The notes beneath the pieces are model-generated. The model was not told where the DNA came from, made no database searches, and was given only the letters and a program-made list of their open reading frames with translations. Shown here piece after piece: positions 1 to 8,113 of a stretch of DNA of 43,963 bases. The DNA comes from Candidatus Saccharimonadota bacterium (GTDB taxonomy: Bacteria; Patescibacteriota; Saccharimonadia; Saccharimonadales; Saccharimonadaceae). The first letter of the stretch is position 1. Each line of letters opens with the position of its first letter. Made by a program: the position numbers and the translations under genes. The DNA lies in assembly GCA_017548735.1 (NCBI GenBank), contig JAFYZJ010000013.1, positions 1-43,963 on the forward strand. The letters run 5' to 3'.

Positions 1-135
1 GACAAGGAACCTAAGTCCCTGTTTGTCGCAGCCATACTTTTTCTGGAACTCTTTATAGCCCCAGCCACCTTTAATACCACTCTTGATTGCTTTCGCATCA
101 AGCTTAGGCATTGTTTGCGTAGAATTTCCTGCCAT
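1..135 (-). CDS. hypothetical protein, N-terminal fragment running off the window start
   Basis: ATG at 135 (minus strand) about 10 nt after GGAGG. Frame stays open to the window edge (MAGNSTQTMPKLDAKAIKSGIKGGWGYKEFQKKYGCDKQGLRFLV). Lies immediately downstream of the 152-514 gene. Confidence 0.3.
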   Translation of the reverse strand, partial: MAGNSTQTMPKLDAKAIKSGIKGGWGYKEFQKKYGCDKQGLRFLV

Positions 136-151
136 CGTTACTGAACCTCCA

Positions 152-514
152 TTATTCTTCAAAAACGATTTCGAAATCTTTTCCGTTCTGAATAGCCTGA
201 TCAACGGTTCCTTTGAGAGTCTTAATCTCATCACCGACGATCGCTAACTGCTTTTCAAAACCTTCTGCGTTAACCTTTTCAACTTCTCCAGTCGTTACGC
301 GAATTCCGGACATATGGTGTTCGGAATGCGGGCACTGAAGGAGCTGTTTGCGCGTATAGCCAGACTTTTTAGCAATCTCACCCAAGTGATCATAGACACA
401 CGAGTAGCTGACATTATAGATCTTTGCTATCTCTCTGGGAGTCTTTCCGTTGCGCCAATGCTCAACGTAGTTCTCCACCATTTTCAATGTTCTCTCATCT
501 TTTCCTCTAGGCAT
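152..514 (-). CDS. small helix-turn-helix protein, putative transcriptional regulator
   Basis: 120-aa ORF. N-terminal segment GKTPREIAKIYNVSYSCVYDHL looks like a sigma-70 region-4 or resolvase-type HTH. AGGAGGTGG RBS lies upstream and a consensus promoter sits at 570-598. Confidence 0.6.
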   Translation of the reverse strand: MPRGKDERTLKMVENYVEHWRNGKTPREIAKIYNVSYSCVYDHLGEIAKKSGYTRKQLLQCPHSEHHMSGIRVTTGEVEKVNAEGFEKQLAIVGDEIKTLKGTVDQAIQNGKDFEIVFEE

Positions 515-569
515 AGTGTTACCACCTCCTTTTTCTGAACTTTAGAAGAAAGAATAAGCTATGTTGTCT

Positions 570-598
570 ATTATAGCACATTATGCGATTTTCGTCAA
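570..598 (-). promoter_or_regulatory. sigma-70-type promoter for the 152-514 gene
   Basis: On the minus strand: TTGACG (598-593), a 17-nt spacer, then TATAAT (575-570) preceded by TGC. Confidence 0.6.
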
Positions 599-643
599 TA
601 GTTTTGCGGCACTTCACCCCCGTTAGCCCCGCAGCAGCTATTC

Positions 644-672
644 TTGACAATTTACGCTTTGAGTGCTATAAT
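644..672 (+). promoter_or_regulatory. consensus sigma-70 promoter
   Basis: TTGACA (644-649), a 17-nt spacer, then TATAAT (667-672) preceded by TGC. Confidence 0.65.
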
Positions 673-679
673 AATAATT

Positions 680-838
680 ACGTTCGCCCGAGGTGGCGAA
701 ATGTTCCTTAATAGTGTTTACTTGTCATTTTCCTACTATCCACGGTTCAGCCCAGCTATTAGACTAACAGCTAGACTGAACCGTGGATGCCGCGGCGAAA
801 ATCTTACCGCCGGCGGGCGATAAACGCGAGGAGGATAT
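680..838 (+). promoter_or_regulatory. long structured 5' leader of the 839-1561 gene
   Basis: About 160 nt lie between the promoter and the ATG. An 11-bp perfect stem pairs CCACGGTTCAG (740-750) with CTGAACCGTGG (776-786). A GCCGGCGGGC..ACGC..AGGAGGA motif (809-835) recurs upstream of the next gene at 1688-1710. Confidence 0.4.
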
Positions 839-1561
839 ATGCAAAACTTGATCAAGAGGTGCTTTGATGTCACGCAGCCGTTTTATCCCGATGACGAATA
901 CCACACAGAGCCCATCGACATGAGTGATATCATTTCGAAGTTCCCTGGTTGCTATGCAACGAATAACTCAACGGTTTGTTTCATTTATGATGGTAAGGCT
1001 TTCGTCGCGCCGTATACGCGTGAGTTAATGAAGGAGTTAACCCTGAATGGTTATAGGCACGATTTCTTCTTTGTGCCGTTCTCTAGCCCAGGATGTAGGG
1101 CTCCAAGCGTCGGGAAAGATCGTTGGCTCAAGATGAGACAAGATGCGAGAATAACCTATGAGCTGTACTACGAAAAAGATTGCAGAGACTGGTGCGACGA
1201 GCATGGCATCAAGGAGATTGCCCCGGACACCATGAAACGCTGTCTCAGGATTCCCAAAGAAGGCGTTCCGGTGCATCATCCCCATTACGAGGGGCGTAAG
1301 TGGCCTGCTCTTAGCGAGACTAGCTTTGACTGCATGGTTCCAGATAGACTCGGCAGCTTCAGCACGAATAACGGAGTCGTCGCCTTCGTTTACCGCGACG
1401 GCCACACCTATGTAACTCGTGGTTACTGGATTGTCGGGCTCTTAGAACGAGCCGGTTTCCGCCGGGCGCATTTCGAAGTGCCGTTTTCTAATTGCGAGAC
1501 TATCCAGGATCCGATAATTGCAGCAGAATGGCAAAGCATCTGTGACGCTTACAGCAAGTAA
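839..1561 (+). CDS. hypothetical protein with an internal two-fold repeat
   Basis: 240-aa ORF with a GAGGAGGA RBS. The two halves share the pattern NN-x-VxFxY-x-G...G(Y/F)R...F-x-VPFS. A terminator follows. Confidence 0.7.
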   Translation: MQNLIKRCFDVTQPFYPDDEYHTEPIDMSDIISKFPGCYATNNSTVCFIYDGKAFVAPYTRELMKELTLNGYRHDFFFVPFSSPGCRAPSVGKDRWLKMRQDARITYELYYEKDCRDWCDEHGIKEIAPDTMKRCLRIPKEGVPVHHPHYEGRKWPALSETSFDCMVPDRLGSFSTNNGVVAFVYRDGHTYVTRGYWIVGLLERAGFRRAHFEVPFSNCETIQDPIIAAEWQSICDAYSK

Positions 1562-1568
1562 ACACTCA

Positions 1569-1595
1569 GGTCTCCGTTTCGGCGGGGACCTTTTT
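1569..1595 (+). terminator. intrinsic terminator
   Basis: GGTCTCCG / CGGGGACC stem followed by TTTTT. Confidence 0.6.
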
Positions 1596-1600
1596 ATTGT

Positions 1601-1629
1601 TTGACAAATTTTGATATTTATGGTAAAAT
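1601..1629 (+). promoter_or_regulatory. sigma-70 promoter with extended -10
   Basis: TTGACA (1601-1606), a 17-nt spacer, then TGgTAAAAT (1621-1629). Confidence 0.6.
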
Positions 1630-1717
1630 ACTATTGAGGGCCCGGAACGGAATTCTATCCGAGCAATTCTCGCACCCTCAAAAAATTGCCGGCGGGCATA
1701 CGCAGGAGGAATACCCT

Positions 1718-2125
1718 ATGTATTCAAAGAACCTTACCGTAAAGGAGCTTTACAGCTCAATCTTCAAATCCGACTACATCGCAAAATTATTTGCCGATGG
1801 ACTCGCGATGAACAACGACGGCTTAGCCGTTTCCGCTGCTAAGGAGTTGATGGAGAGAGGCGATTACTTAATAGTCAGAGATACTCTCGACAAAGCCTTC
1901 GACTCAGGAGTCATCGTCAAAGAGAGTTCTCTTATCTCTCTGCTCGGCAGAACGCTCATGGACAATACTCGTGGGCTTGATCCGATTCTGTGCCACTACG
2001 GTGGCGGATTACTGCGTGGAGACTACATGGGACCGAGCAAATGGTACTCAATCCCCGAAAATCAGGAACGCGTCAACGGCAAAAAAGGCCGTCTCGCGAA
2101 CAAACTCGCGGGGATGCCCACGTAA
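1718..2125 (+). CDS. hypothetical protein
   Basis: I place the start at the ATG at 1718 (MYSKNLTVKE...), which is preceded by AGGAGGA. The upstream part of the 1601-2125 ORF overlaps the promoter and leader. A terminator lies downstream. Confidence 0.6.
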   Translation: MYSKNLTVKELYSSIFKSDYIAKLFADGLAMNNDGLAVSAAKELMERGDYLIVRDTLDKAFDSGVIVKESSLISLLGRTLMDNTRGLDPILCHYGGGLLRGDYMGPSKWYSIPENQERVNGKKGRLANKLAGMPT

Positions 2126-2209
2126 ACGGATGCGCTATTCGCTTGAAGGAGGCCCCCTTCTCTGAAGCGATAGCTTGAAGGTTCAACATTGCTCGATTAG
2201 ATTCGAGGA

Positions 2210-2239
2210 AGCCTCCGTTATTGAAAACGGGGGCTTTTT
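2210..2239 (+). terminator. intrinsic terminator
   Basis: AGCCTCCGT / ACGGGGGCT stem followed by TTTTT. Confidence 0.55.
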
Positions 2240-2280
2240 GAAGGCAAAAAAATAAGCCCTAAGGGCGTATTTTTCATTCT

Positions 2281-2355
2281 TGGCTGGGGATGAGGGATTC
2301 GAACCCCCGAATGGTGGGACCAGAACCCACTGCCTTACCACTTGGCGAATCCCCA
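2281..2355 (-). tRNA. tRNA-Gln (anticodon CUG), CCA encoded
   Basis: The reverse complement reads TGGGGATTCGCCAAGTGGTAAGGCAGTGGGTTCTGGTCCCACCATTCGGGGGTTCGAATCCCTCATCCCCAGCCA. It forms a cloverleaf with anticodon loop TTCTGGT and T-arm GGTTCGAATCC. Confidence 0.9.
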
Positions 2356-2368
2356 ACGGACAAATAGG

Positions 2369-2397
2369 ATTATAGCACGAGCTGAAAAAATATGCAA
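2369..2397 (-). promoter_or_regulatory. promoter of tRNA-Gln
   Basis: On the minus strand: TTGCAT, a 17-nt spacer, then TATAAT (preceded by TGC). The -10 ends about 13 nt upstream of the tRNA 5' end. Confidence 0.55.
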
Positions 2398-2451
2398 AAT
2401 ATTGTATAATAGCGGCATCCACAAGAAGTTCTTTGAAAGGGGGTGGGTTAA

Positions 2452-3447
2452 TTGAGAAATAAATACTCAATTGAATTGATCAGTCAAAAGAGTCCAAGAG
2501 AATTAATTGATGACATGAGTCAGGCCCAGTTTTCCTTTTTGAGAAGTTTTGGGTGTGGTTTCATGAATGTCATGTATGTTTGGGTACGGTTGGCGTGCCT
2601 CTTTTTTATTAGGATTGCAGAAAAGCGTGCAGATCGACTAATGAGCAAGAAGCCGAAAATGGGGCGCCGAGAGGCCCTTAAGAAGTCGCTTGGCGAGATA
2701 TTCAAGCACGGTGCGCCATCGACTATTTTGGATAAGCCGAGTTTTTCAAAACCAAAGTGCGGTTTCGTAATTGGTTTTAACCATCCGTCACTCGGCGAGA
2801 TTATTCGACTTATGGGCGTCTGTATGCTTACCTATCCAGATAATGATTATCTTTTCCCGGTAAATATTATCTGGTACGAAGCCTTAGCGCCGATAATGCC
2901 CAGACTTTCTAATTTCGGCTTTATCCTAACGCCGATAATTACGCCTTCCGCAAGGAAAACTTTGCTGAAGCATTCGAAAAAGATTGCGGCGCGCGCGCAG
3001 ATTAACCGGCTGACGCGGGGCTTTATTAACGCCTATATGGACCGCAGCGTAGATGTTATCCGCGAGGGGCAAATCGTATTGGTCGCACCTAGTGCAACGC
3101 GTAAAGCACATCTCTATCCGAACAAAAAGGTTGCTAGTGGCCAAGCACCGATCGAGCCGCAGACGATGACTATGCTCGCAATGCGCCTAATAAAGGAGAA
3201 GGTTGAGCATTTCGCCTTTATCCCGGTTGCCGTCATTGCGCCACAAGGTGCCTCGCGTGGACTTAATCTCCTTGATACCTATAAGATTGCACCTTGTTAC
3301 GCCATCAGTGAGGACATGGTGAGAAACAAGTGTCAGGAGCGTGAGCCGAATTGTGACGGGCGCTGTTTCGAGAGATATTTTCTCGATGCAATCGCTCGTG
3401 CCTTAATGGCAAACGGCGCGGGAGACAGAATCATTGGACCAGACTGA
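2452..3447 (+). CDS. acyltransferase, PlsC/LPLAT-like (lysophospholipid acyltransferase family)
   Basis: NHPSLGE resembles the HX4D/E acyltransferase motif. VAPSATR resembles the FPEGTR-type motif III. There is an N-terminal hydrophobic helix. The start is TTG at 2452, 5 nt after GGGGGTGG, and is uncertain. Confidence 0.5.
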   Translation: MRNKYSIELISQKSPRELIDDMSQAQFSFLRSFGCGFMNVMYVWVRLACLFFIRIAEKRADRLMSKKPKMGRREALKKSLGEIFKHGAPSTILDKPSFSKPKCGFVIGFNHPSLGEIIRLMGVCMLTYPDNDYLFPVNIIWYEALAPIMPRLSNFGFILTPIITPSARKTLLKHSKKIAARAQINRLTRGFINAYMDRSVDVIREGQIVLVAPSATRKAHLYPNKKVASGQAPIEPQTMTMLAMRLIKEKVEHFAFIPVAVIAPQGASRGLNLLDTYKIAPCYAISEDMVRNKCQEREPNCDGRCFERYFLDAIARALMANGAGDRIIGPD

Positions 3448-3452
3448 GAAAT

Positions 3453-3481
3453 TGGCCGTAATTTGTTTTACGGCCATTTTT
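3453..3481 (+). terminator. intrinsic terminator
   Basis: TGGCCGTAA / TTACGGCCA stem followed by TTTTT. Confidence 0.65.
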
Positions 3482-3529
3482 CATGCTAAAATAAAGACAG
3501 TTTTTAAGCATAAACAATAAAGGAAAAGG

Positions 3530-5257
3530 GTGGAAAGATTTCAGCCATTAGAGAGCGTTGAGGATGTCGAGGAGTTTTACTCGGCGATTAAGCGCGAAAA
3601 AATGACTCATAAGCTCTCGCCAGAGCGCCCTTATTGTTATTGGACGATTGAGACTTACGATAAAAGCAACGGTATCCGCGGCGGCGGCGGCCTAGGCGTG
3701 CTCGCAGCAGATATGCGCCGTGTCGCCGAACAGCTTTCCGTGCCATTTGTGCTCGTCACCCCATTCTATCCATGGGAATCACATCAGCGTATGGAAGACA
3801 TGAAGCAGATTGATTTCCATACTGAGCAGCACTACCGAGATTATGGCTTTGAATTTATCGATACGGTCCGCATTAAGACTTCAACAACTGCTGTCGAGCT
3901 CGAGGTAATTGAAAAACAACTCGGCTCTTCCCGTTTCCTTTGCATCACTGAGCCGAATTTTGGTGAGCTATATTCCGGCGAATCCGGTTCCGATCATCGC
4001 CTCTATCAAGAGGTGGCGCTGGGTTTTGGTGGCTATCAAGCACTCAAGCTCGTCGGTTTGCGCCCAGCCGTCATTCAGCTTAACGAAGTCGCCACTTTCT
4101 TTGCCGCCGTAGCCCGTCTTGATGAGCTTGTGAGCTCCGGCATGGATTTCTATGAGGCAGTAGTCTATACCCGCAAGCACACGCTCTATACGAACCACAC
4201 GCTCGTGCAGGCTGCCGAGGCAAGCTTCAATTATTCCCAGTTCGAGCAGTACGTTTTCCCGAATATCAAGAGCGTCGCAGTCCGTCGCTGGCTCTCGGAT
4301 AAATTCACGAATGGCCGCATTCAACTCTCTACGCCGACCGTTGAGATTGCTGAGCTTCGCAGTGGCGTAAGCAAATTGCACGCACGCGTCGCGAATTACC
4401 ATGATATTAACGGCAATAAGATTAAGTTCAAATCTGTCACGAACGGTATTCATATGCGCACTTGGGTGCTTCCGGAAATCATGGAGTACTTCTACGATAA
4501 GAATATTCTCGATAAGTTCGATTTGCCACCAGAGGAAAAGCTCGAAGAAGCCGTAAATGCGGTTTCCGCTGCCGATATTCGCAAGCTAAAGCTCGCTGGC
4601 CGTAAAAAGCTCAACGAGATCCTCGCAAACCGCACCGATCAGTACGGTAAGCCTGTCCAAATCCCAGAAGAAGCATTACTTTTCGATTTCAAGCGCCGCT
4701 TCGTTGATTACAAGCGCCCATGGTTGCCATTTGAAAACCCGGAGCGCCTTGCCGAGATTCTCGAGCAGAATAATGCGCACTACATCCTTGCTGGCCGCGT
4801 CCATATGGGCGACTACCGCATGTTTGACCGTCTCATGAAGCTTCTTCACCTCATCGATAAGCATCCGGTTTTGCGTGAGCGCGTACATTATTTGCCAGAT
4901 TACGATGAAGAATTAGGCTTCGCACTATCTGTTGGCGCTAATAGCTCCATCAATACGCCGATTGTTGGCCTTGAGGCCTGCGGTACAAGCTGGATGAAGG
5001 ATATTGCCAACCTCGGTCTCCTCATTTCGACCCACGATGGCGGTGTCGCCGATATGCCTTCCGATAACTATCTCAGCATTAAGGGTAAGACTGAAGCCGA
5101 AGAATGCACCGAGCTTTATCGCCAGATGGAAGCCGCCGCTGCTGCATGGAGCAATGATTTTGATCTCGAATATTGGGTCCGCAAGGAATTAGTCGCTTAT
5201 CTTGCGATTATTTCTGGCTCCCGCATGATGAAAGATTATTTGAATTATCTCTTTTAG
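3530..5257 (+). CDS. glgP: alpha-glucan (glycogen/maltodextrin) phosphorylase, GT35 family, short form
   Basis: Motifs seen: GGGGLGVLAAD, TNGIHMRTW, and EACGTSWMK (the PLP-lysine motif, EASGTSxMK-like). GTG start. Confidence 0.8.
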   Translation: MERFQPLESVEDVEEFYSAIKREKMTHKLSPERPYCYWTIETYDKSNGIRGGGGLGVLAADMRRVAEQLSVPFVLVTPFYPWESHQRMEDMKQIDFHTEQHYRDYGFEFIDTVRIKTSTTAVELEVIEKQLGSSRFLCITEPNFGELYSGESGSDHRLYQEVALGFGGYQALKLVGLRPAVIQLNEVATFFAAVARLDELVSSGMDFYEAVVYTRKHTLYTNHTLVQAAEASFNYSQFEQYVFPNIKSVAVRRWLSDKFTNGRIQLSTPTVEIAELRSGVSKLHARVANYHDINGNKIKFKSVTNGIHMRTWVLPEIMEYFYDKNILDKFDLPPEEKLEEAVNAVSAADIRKLKLAGRKKLNEILANRTDQYGKPVQIPEEALLFDFKRRFVDYKRPWLPFENPERLAEILEQNNAHYILAGRVHMGDYRMFDRLMKLLHLIDKHPVLRERVHYLPDYDEELGFALSVGANSSINTPIVGLEACGTSWMKDIANLGLLISTHDGGVADMPSDNYLSIKGKTEAEECTELYRQMEAAAAAWSNDFDLEYWVRKELVAYLAIISGSRMMKDYLNYLF

Positions 5258-5309
5258 TATGCTATACTCTTGACAGAGTCCGTACAGGACTATTTTTAAT
5301 GGAGTAAAT

Positions 5310-5693
5310 ATGGCAACGAAAGTCACCAGAATCAAGGCAAAAGACGACGGTCCAAAGACCAAGTCTGAAGATGCCGAGAAAATTACTCGCAAAGTTAGCG
5401 TCAAGGCTAAGAATAGCGAGAGCAAAAAGACAAAAATCGCCGCTAAAAAGGCCGAGAAAGCTGCCGACAAAGACGCAAAGAAGTCTTTGAAGAAAGCTGA
5501 TGGCAAAGAAAAGAAAGTTGGCTACTTCCGTGGCGCTTTCCGCGAACTTCGCCAGGTCCGCTGGCCAAATCGCAAAGAAACTTGGAAGATGACCCTTTCG
5601 GTTATCATTTATGTCGTCATCCTCGCAGCCGCAATCATGCTGCTCGATGCGCTTCTACAATTAATCTTTAACCAACTCTTGGGAGGAAAATAA
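5310..5693 (+). CDS. secE: preprotein translocase subunit SecE with a Lys-rich N-terminal extension
   Basis: The C-terminal part, FRELRQVRWPNRKETWKMTLSVIIYVVILAAAIMLLD, is a typical SecE core plus TM helix. It lies immediately upstream of nusG. Confidence 0.9.
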   Translation: MATKVTRIKAKDDGPKTKSEDAEKITRKVSVKAKNSESKKTKIAAKKAEKAADKDAKKSLKKADGKEKKVGYFRGAFRELRQVRWPNRKETWKMTLSVIIYVVILAAAIMLLDALLQLIFNQLLGGK

Positions 5694-5696
5694 TCT

Positions 5697-6248
5697 ATGG
5701 CCGTTAACCGTTATGATGGTACGCGCGCTTGGTACGCTGTGAGCACCTACTCCGGCTACGAAGACAAGGTTGCTGACTCGATTCGCCAGCGCCTCGACAG
5801 TATCGATTTCGCCGACAAGATTTTCGACGTAATGGTACCAAAAGAAAAGCAAATTGATATCAAGAACGGCAAACGCCGTATCGTTGAGAAAAAGATTTTC
5901 CAGGGCTACGTGCTCGTCGAAATGAAGCTCTCCGATGCTACTTGGTATATTATCCGCAACACCCCAGGCGTTACCGGCTTCGTCGGTACTGGCACTCAGC
6001 CAACCCCAGTTTCCAAGAAGGAAATTGAGAAGATCAAGAAGCGCATGGGCGTCGATGATCCAAAGTTTACCGTCAACTACTCTGCTGGCGAGGTCGTCTC
6101 CGTTACCGATGGTCCATTCAAGGGCTTTGAAGGTACGATTTCCGAAATCGACACCAATAAGGGCAAACTCAAGGTTCTCGTCTCCATGTTTGGTCGCGAA
6201 ACCGCTGTCGAGCTTGATGCTCTCCAGGTCAAGAAGATTGACGACTAA
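5697..6248 (+). CDS. nusG: transcription termination/antitermination factor NusG
   Basis: NGN domain motifs (WYAVSTYSGYE, FQGYVLVEM, PGVTGFVG) and a KOW motif (GEVVSVTDGPFKGFEGTI). Confidence 0.95.
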   Translation: MAVNRYDGTRAWYAVSTYSGYEDKVADSIRQRLDSIDFADKIFDVMVPKEKQIDIKNGKRRIVEKKIFQGYVLVEMKLSDATWYIIRNTPGVTGFVGTGTQPTPVSKKEIEKIKKRMGVDDPKFTVNYSAGEVVSVTDGPFKGFEGTISEIDTNKGKLKVLVSMFGRETAVELDALQVKKIDD

Positions 6249-6262
6249 TTAGTCTACCAAAG

Positions 6263-6289
6263 AGCCACCACTCGGTTGGTGGCTTTTTG
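6263..6289 (+). terminator. intrinsic terminator after nusG
   Basis: AGCCACCA / TTGGTGGCT stem followed by TTTTT. Confidence 0.7.
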
Positions 6290-6295
6290 ATGTCC

Positions 6296-6324
6296 TTGAC
6301 TTTTCCGATTGGGGGTGTTATAAT
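6296..6324 (+). promoter_or_regulatory. sigma-70 promoter
   Basis: TTGACT (6296-6301), a 17-nt spacer, then TATAAT (6319-6324). Confidence 0.6.
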
Positions 6325-6354
6325 ATTACTATCTTGTACCTTAGGAGGTTCCGT

Positions 6355-6834
6355 ATGAAACTATATATCTTTAATACCGAGTCGTTATCTTCGCAATACA
6401 GCGAAGCTAGCGACAAGATTATGAAAAAATCGATTGATCTTATCTTAGAAACACTCGGGAATATCAATGATGACGGCGAAACTTTCATTGTTGTAAAAGG
6501 AAAATATAGGCTCGGGTCAGATTTATCTGCGGCCCCAACCGAGTTGTTCTGTACTTATCTCACGAACTACAGAGATACTAGTACTAGCAAAACAAGAAGG
6601 CTCGCGAGGAGACTTGAAGAATTCTTCGCGAATGGTGACAAAAATACAATTCGTATTGCCCCGAATTTCGACGAAGGCGAAGACGTCAGACTCGAAGATC
6701 CATTAGTTTTATTAGATATAACAGTATACTATGAAACTAATCAGAAAGCCGACAAGTTGGGTGGAGTGAGTATCGTTGATTCTATCTATATACAACAGAA
6801 AATCAAGGAAGCTTTCCGCGAAAAGTACGACTAA
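6355..6834 (+). CDS. hypothetical protein (159 aa)
   Basis: ATG at 6355 follows an AGGAGG RBS, with a promoter upstream and a terminator downstream. No recognisable motif. Confidence 0.65.
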   Translation: MKLYIFNTESLSSQYSEASDKIMKKSIDLILETLGNINDDGETFIVVKGKYRLGSDLSAAPTELFCTYLTNYRDTSTSKTRRLARRLEEFFANGDKNTIRIAPNFDEGEDVRLEDPLVLLDITVYYETNQKADKLGGVSIVDSIYIQQKIKEAFREKYD

Positions 6835-6851
6835 CCCCCGTTATCAACAGA

Positions 6852-6876
6852 AAACCCGCTCAATTTGAGCGGGTTT
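6852..6876. terminator. bidirectional intrinsic terminator between convergent genes
   Basis: AAACCCGCTCA / TGAGCGGGTTT stem flanked by an A-run and a T-run. Confidence 0.65.
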
Positions 6877-6883
6877 AATGTTT

Positions 6884-8008
6884 TTACGGTAAACAGTTGC
6901 CGTTGGCGGCAATATTGCGATTGTAATACCTCTCGTCATCGGTAACTTCCTTGATGACTTCAAGATAATCAGGCACAATCAGCTTGTCATCGGGAGATAC
7001 AAATTCTACCTCGAGAATTGCAAACTCGTTAGAGGACGGATAAACATCTATCTCGAGATACTGACCCGAATCGCGCTGCATAATGCAGAATCTGTTCTTG
7101 TGAATCGAGTTCAGCCCCGGGATCGCATTCATCAGTTCGCTGACATATTCTTCGCGACTAATACGACGTTCGAGCTCGATTCTGACGGCCTTGTCGCTCG
7201 TACTACGCTTGATGGTCTTGGTGAAGATAAAGTCTCCGCCGTATGCACGCTGGCGGACACGAACTTCGTCATCAAATAAGTCACCCTTAAGATAGGTCTG
7301 CATAATCTCGCCTTCCTGGCAATTCGGCAGCGCGCGCAGATAGTCGAGATCGGGCATCTTGATCAGATACTTGCGCTCTATTTCATAGGGCATCGGCTCG
7401 CCAAGCATTACAGATATTTGCTTCAACAACGTCTTCAACTTCGTGTCGAGATCGCCTTCGTTCTTAATGATGCGCAGGTGAGGATGGCCAACCCAGGCAT
7501 TCTGCGTCTTCACGTCAAGCTTAACAGCCTCTTCGGGCGTCTCTGAGCGCGCCTCGTTATTCTGCAACGTGTAACACTCAATTGCGCCATCGGCTGTCGT
7601 GACAAGATGAAATACGGCATCATACTCGGCGACTGCGGCAGACACTACCCCGCGTCCAACACGGGTTACGACCTGTTCAAACTCGCGTGGGCTAACATAG
7701 GCCTTATTGTCATATAGGCCGCGGTCGCAAACAATCATGATTTTTTCGTTCTCCATCATGAGTGCCGCCTGCATTATGCGTTCTTCCTTTGCGAGCTGGG
7801 TCTTAAGAATCATCTCCTGAAAATACAGCGGATCCTTGAATGCCGTCGGAATTATTCCCGACGTAATCAGTTCCGTGGCCGCTTCGTTGACTATGAGGAC
7901 CTTCCAGCCGAGCTTCGTATAGAAGTTCGAAATCCAGCTCAATGCCGTTGTTTTACCGCCGCAAGGACCGCCCGTAAGTACAAACTTACAGATTTTTTTG
8001 TTCAGCAA
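6884..8008 (-). CDS. fusion protein: P-loop NTPase (NadR/AAA_28-like nucleoside kinase fold) plus C-terminal CYTH triphosphate-tunnel domain
   Basis: Walker A is GGPCGGKTT near the N-terminus. The C-terminal half begins with YEIERKYL, the ExExK signature of CYTH domains. I place the start at TTG 8008, 6 nt after AGGAGGTG. The longer ORF to 8122 has no RBS. Confidence 0.7.
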   Translation of the reverse strand: MLNKKICKFVLTGGPCGGKTTALSWISNFYTKLGWKVLIVNEAATELITSGIIPTAFKDPLYFQEMILKTQLAKEERIMQAALMMENEKIMIVCDRGLYDNKAYVSPREFEQVVTRVGRGVVSAAVAEYDAVFHLVTTADGAIECYTLQNNEARSETPEEAVKLDVKTQNAWVGHPHLRIIKNEGDLDTKLKTLLKQISVMLGEPMPYEIERKYLIKMPDLDYLRALPNCQEGEIMQTYLKGDLFDDEVRVRQRAYGGDFIFTKTIKRSTSDKAVRIELERRISREEYVSELMNAIPGLNSIHKNRFCIMQRDSGQYLEIDVYPSSNEFAILEVEFVSPDDKLIVPDYLEVIKEVTDDERYYNRNIAANGNCLP

Positions 8009-8113
8009 ATAAATCACCTCCTGTAACCGTTTTAAAGTACATTGGACAATCAATTTCCAATATCTGGATATAGTATAGCATAATTTGCAAAAATATGTTA
8101 TAATTATAGAGAT

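Noticed and set aside
5189-5506. 105-aa minus-strand ORF antisense to secE, and the 173-aa ORF 22494-23015 antisense to the LCP gene
   Set aside because: They are the low-complexity mirror of Lys-rich coding sequence, which reads as Phe/Leu/Ser-rich on the opposite strand. They have no signals, and the genes on the plus strand are well supported.
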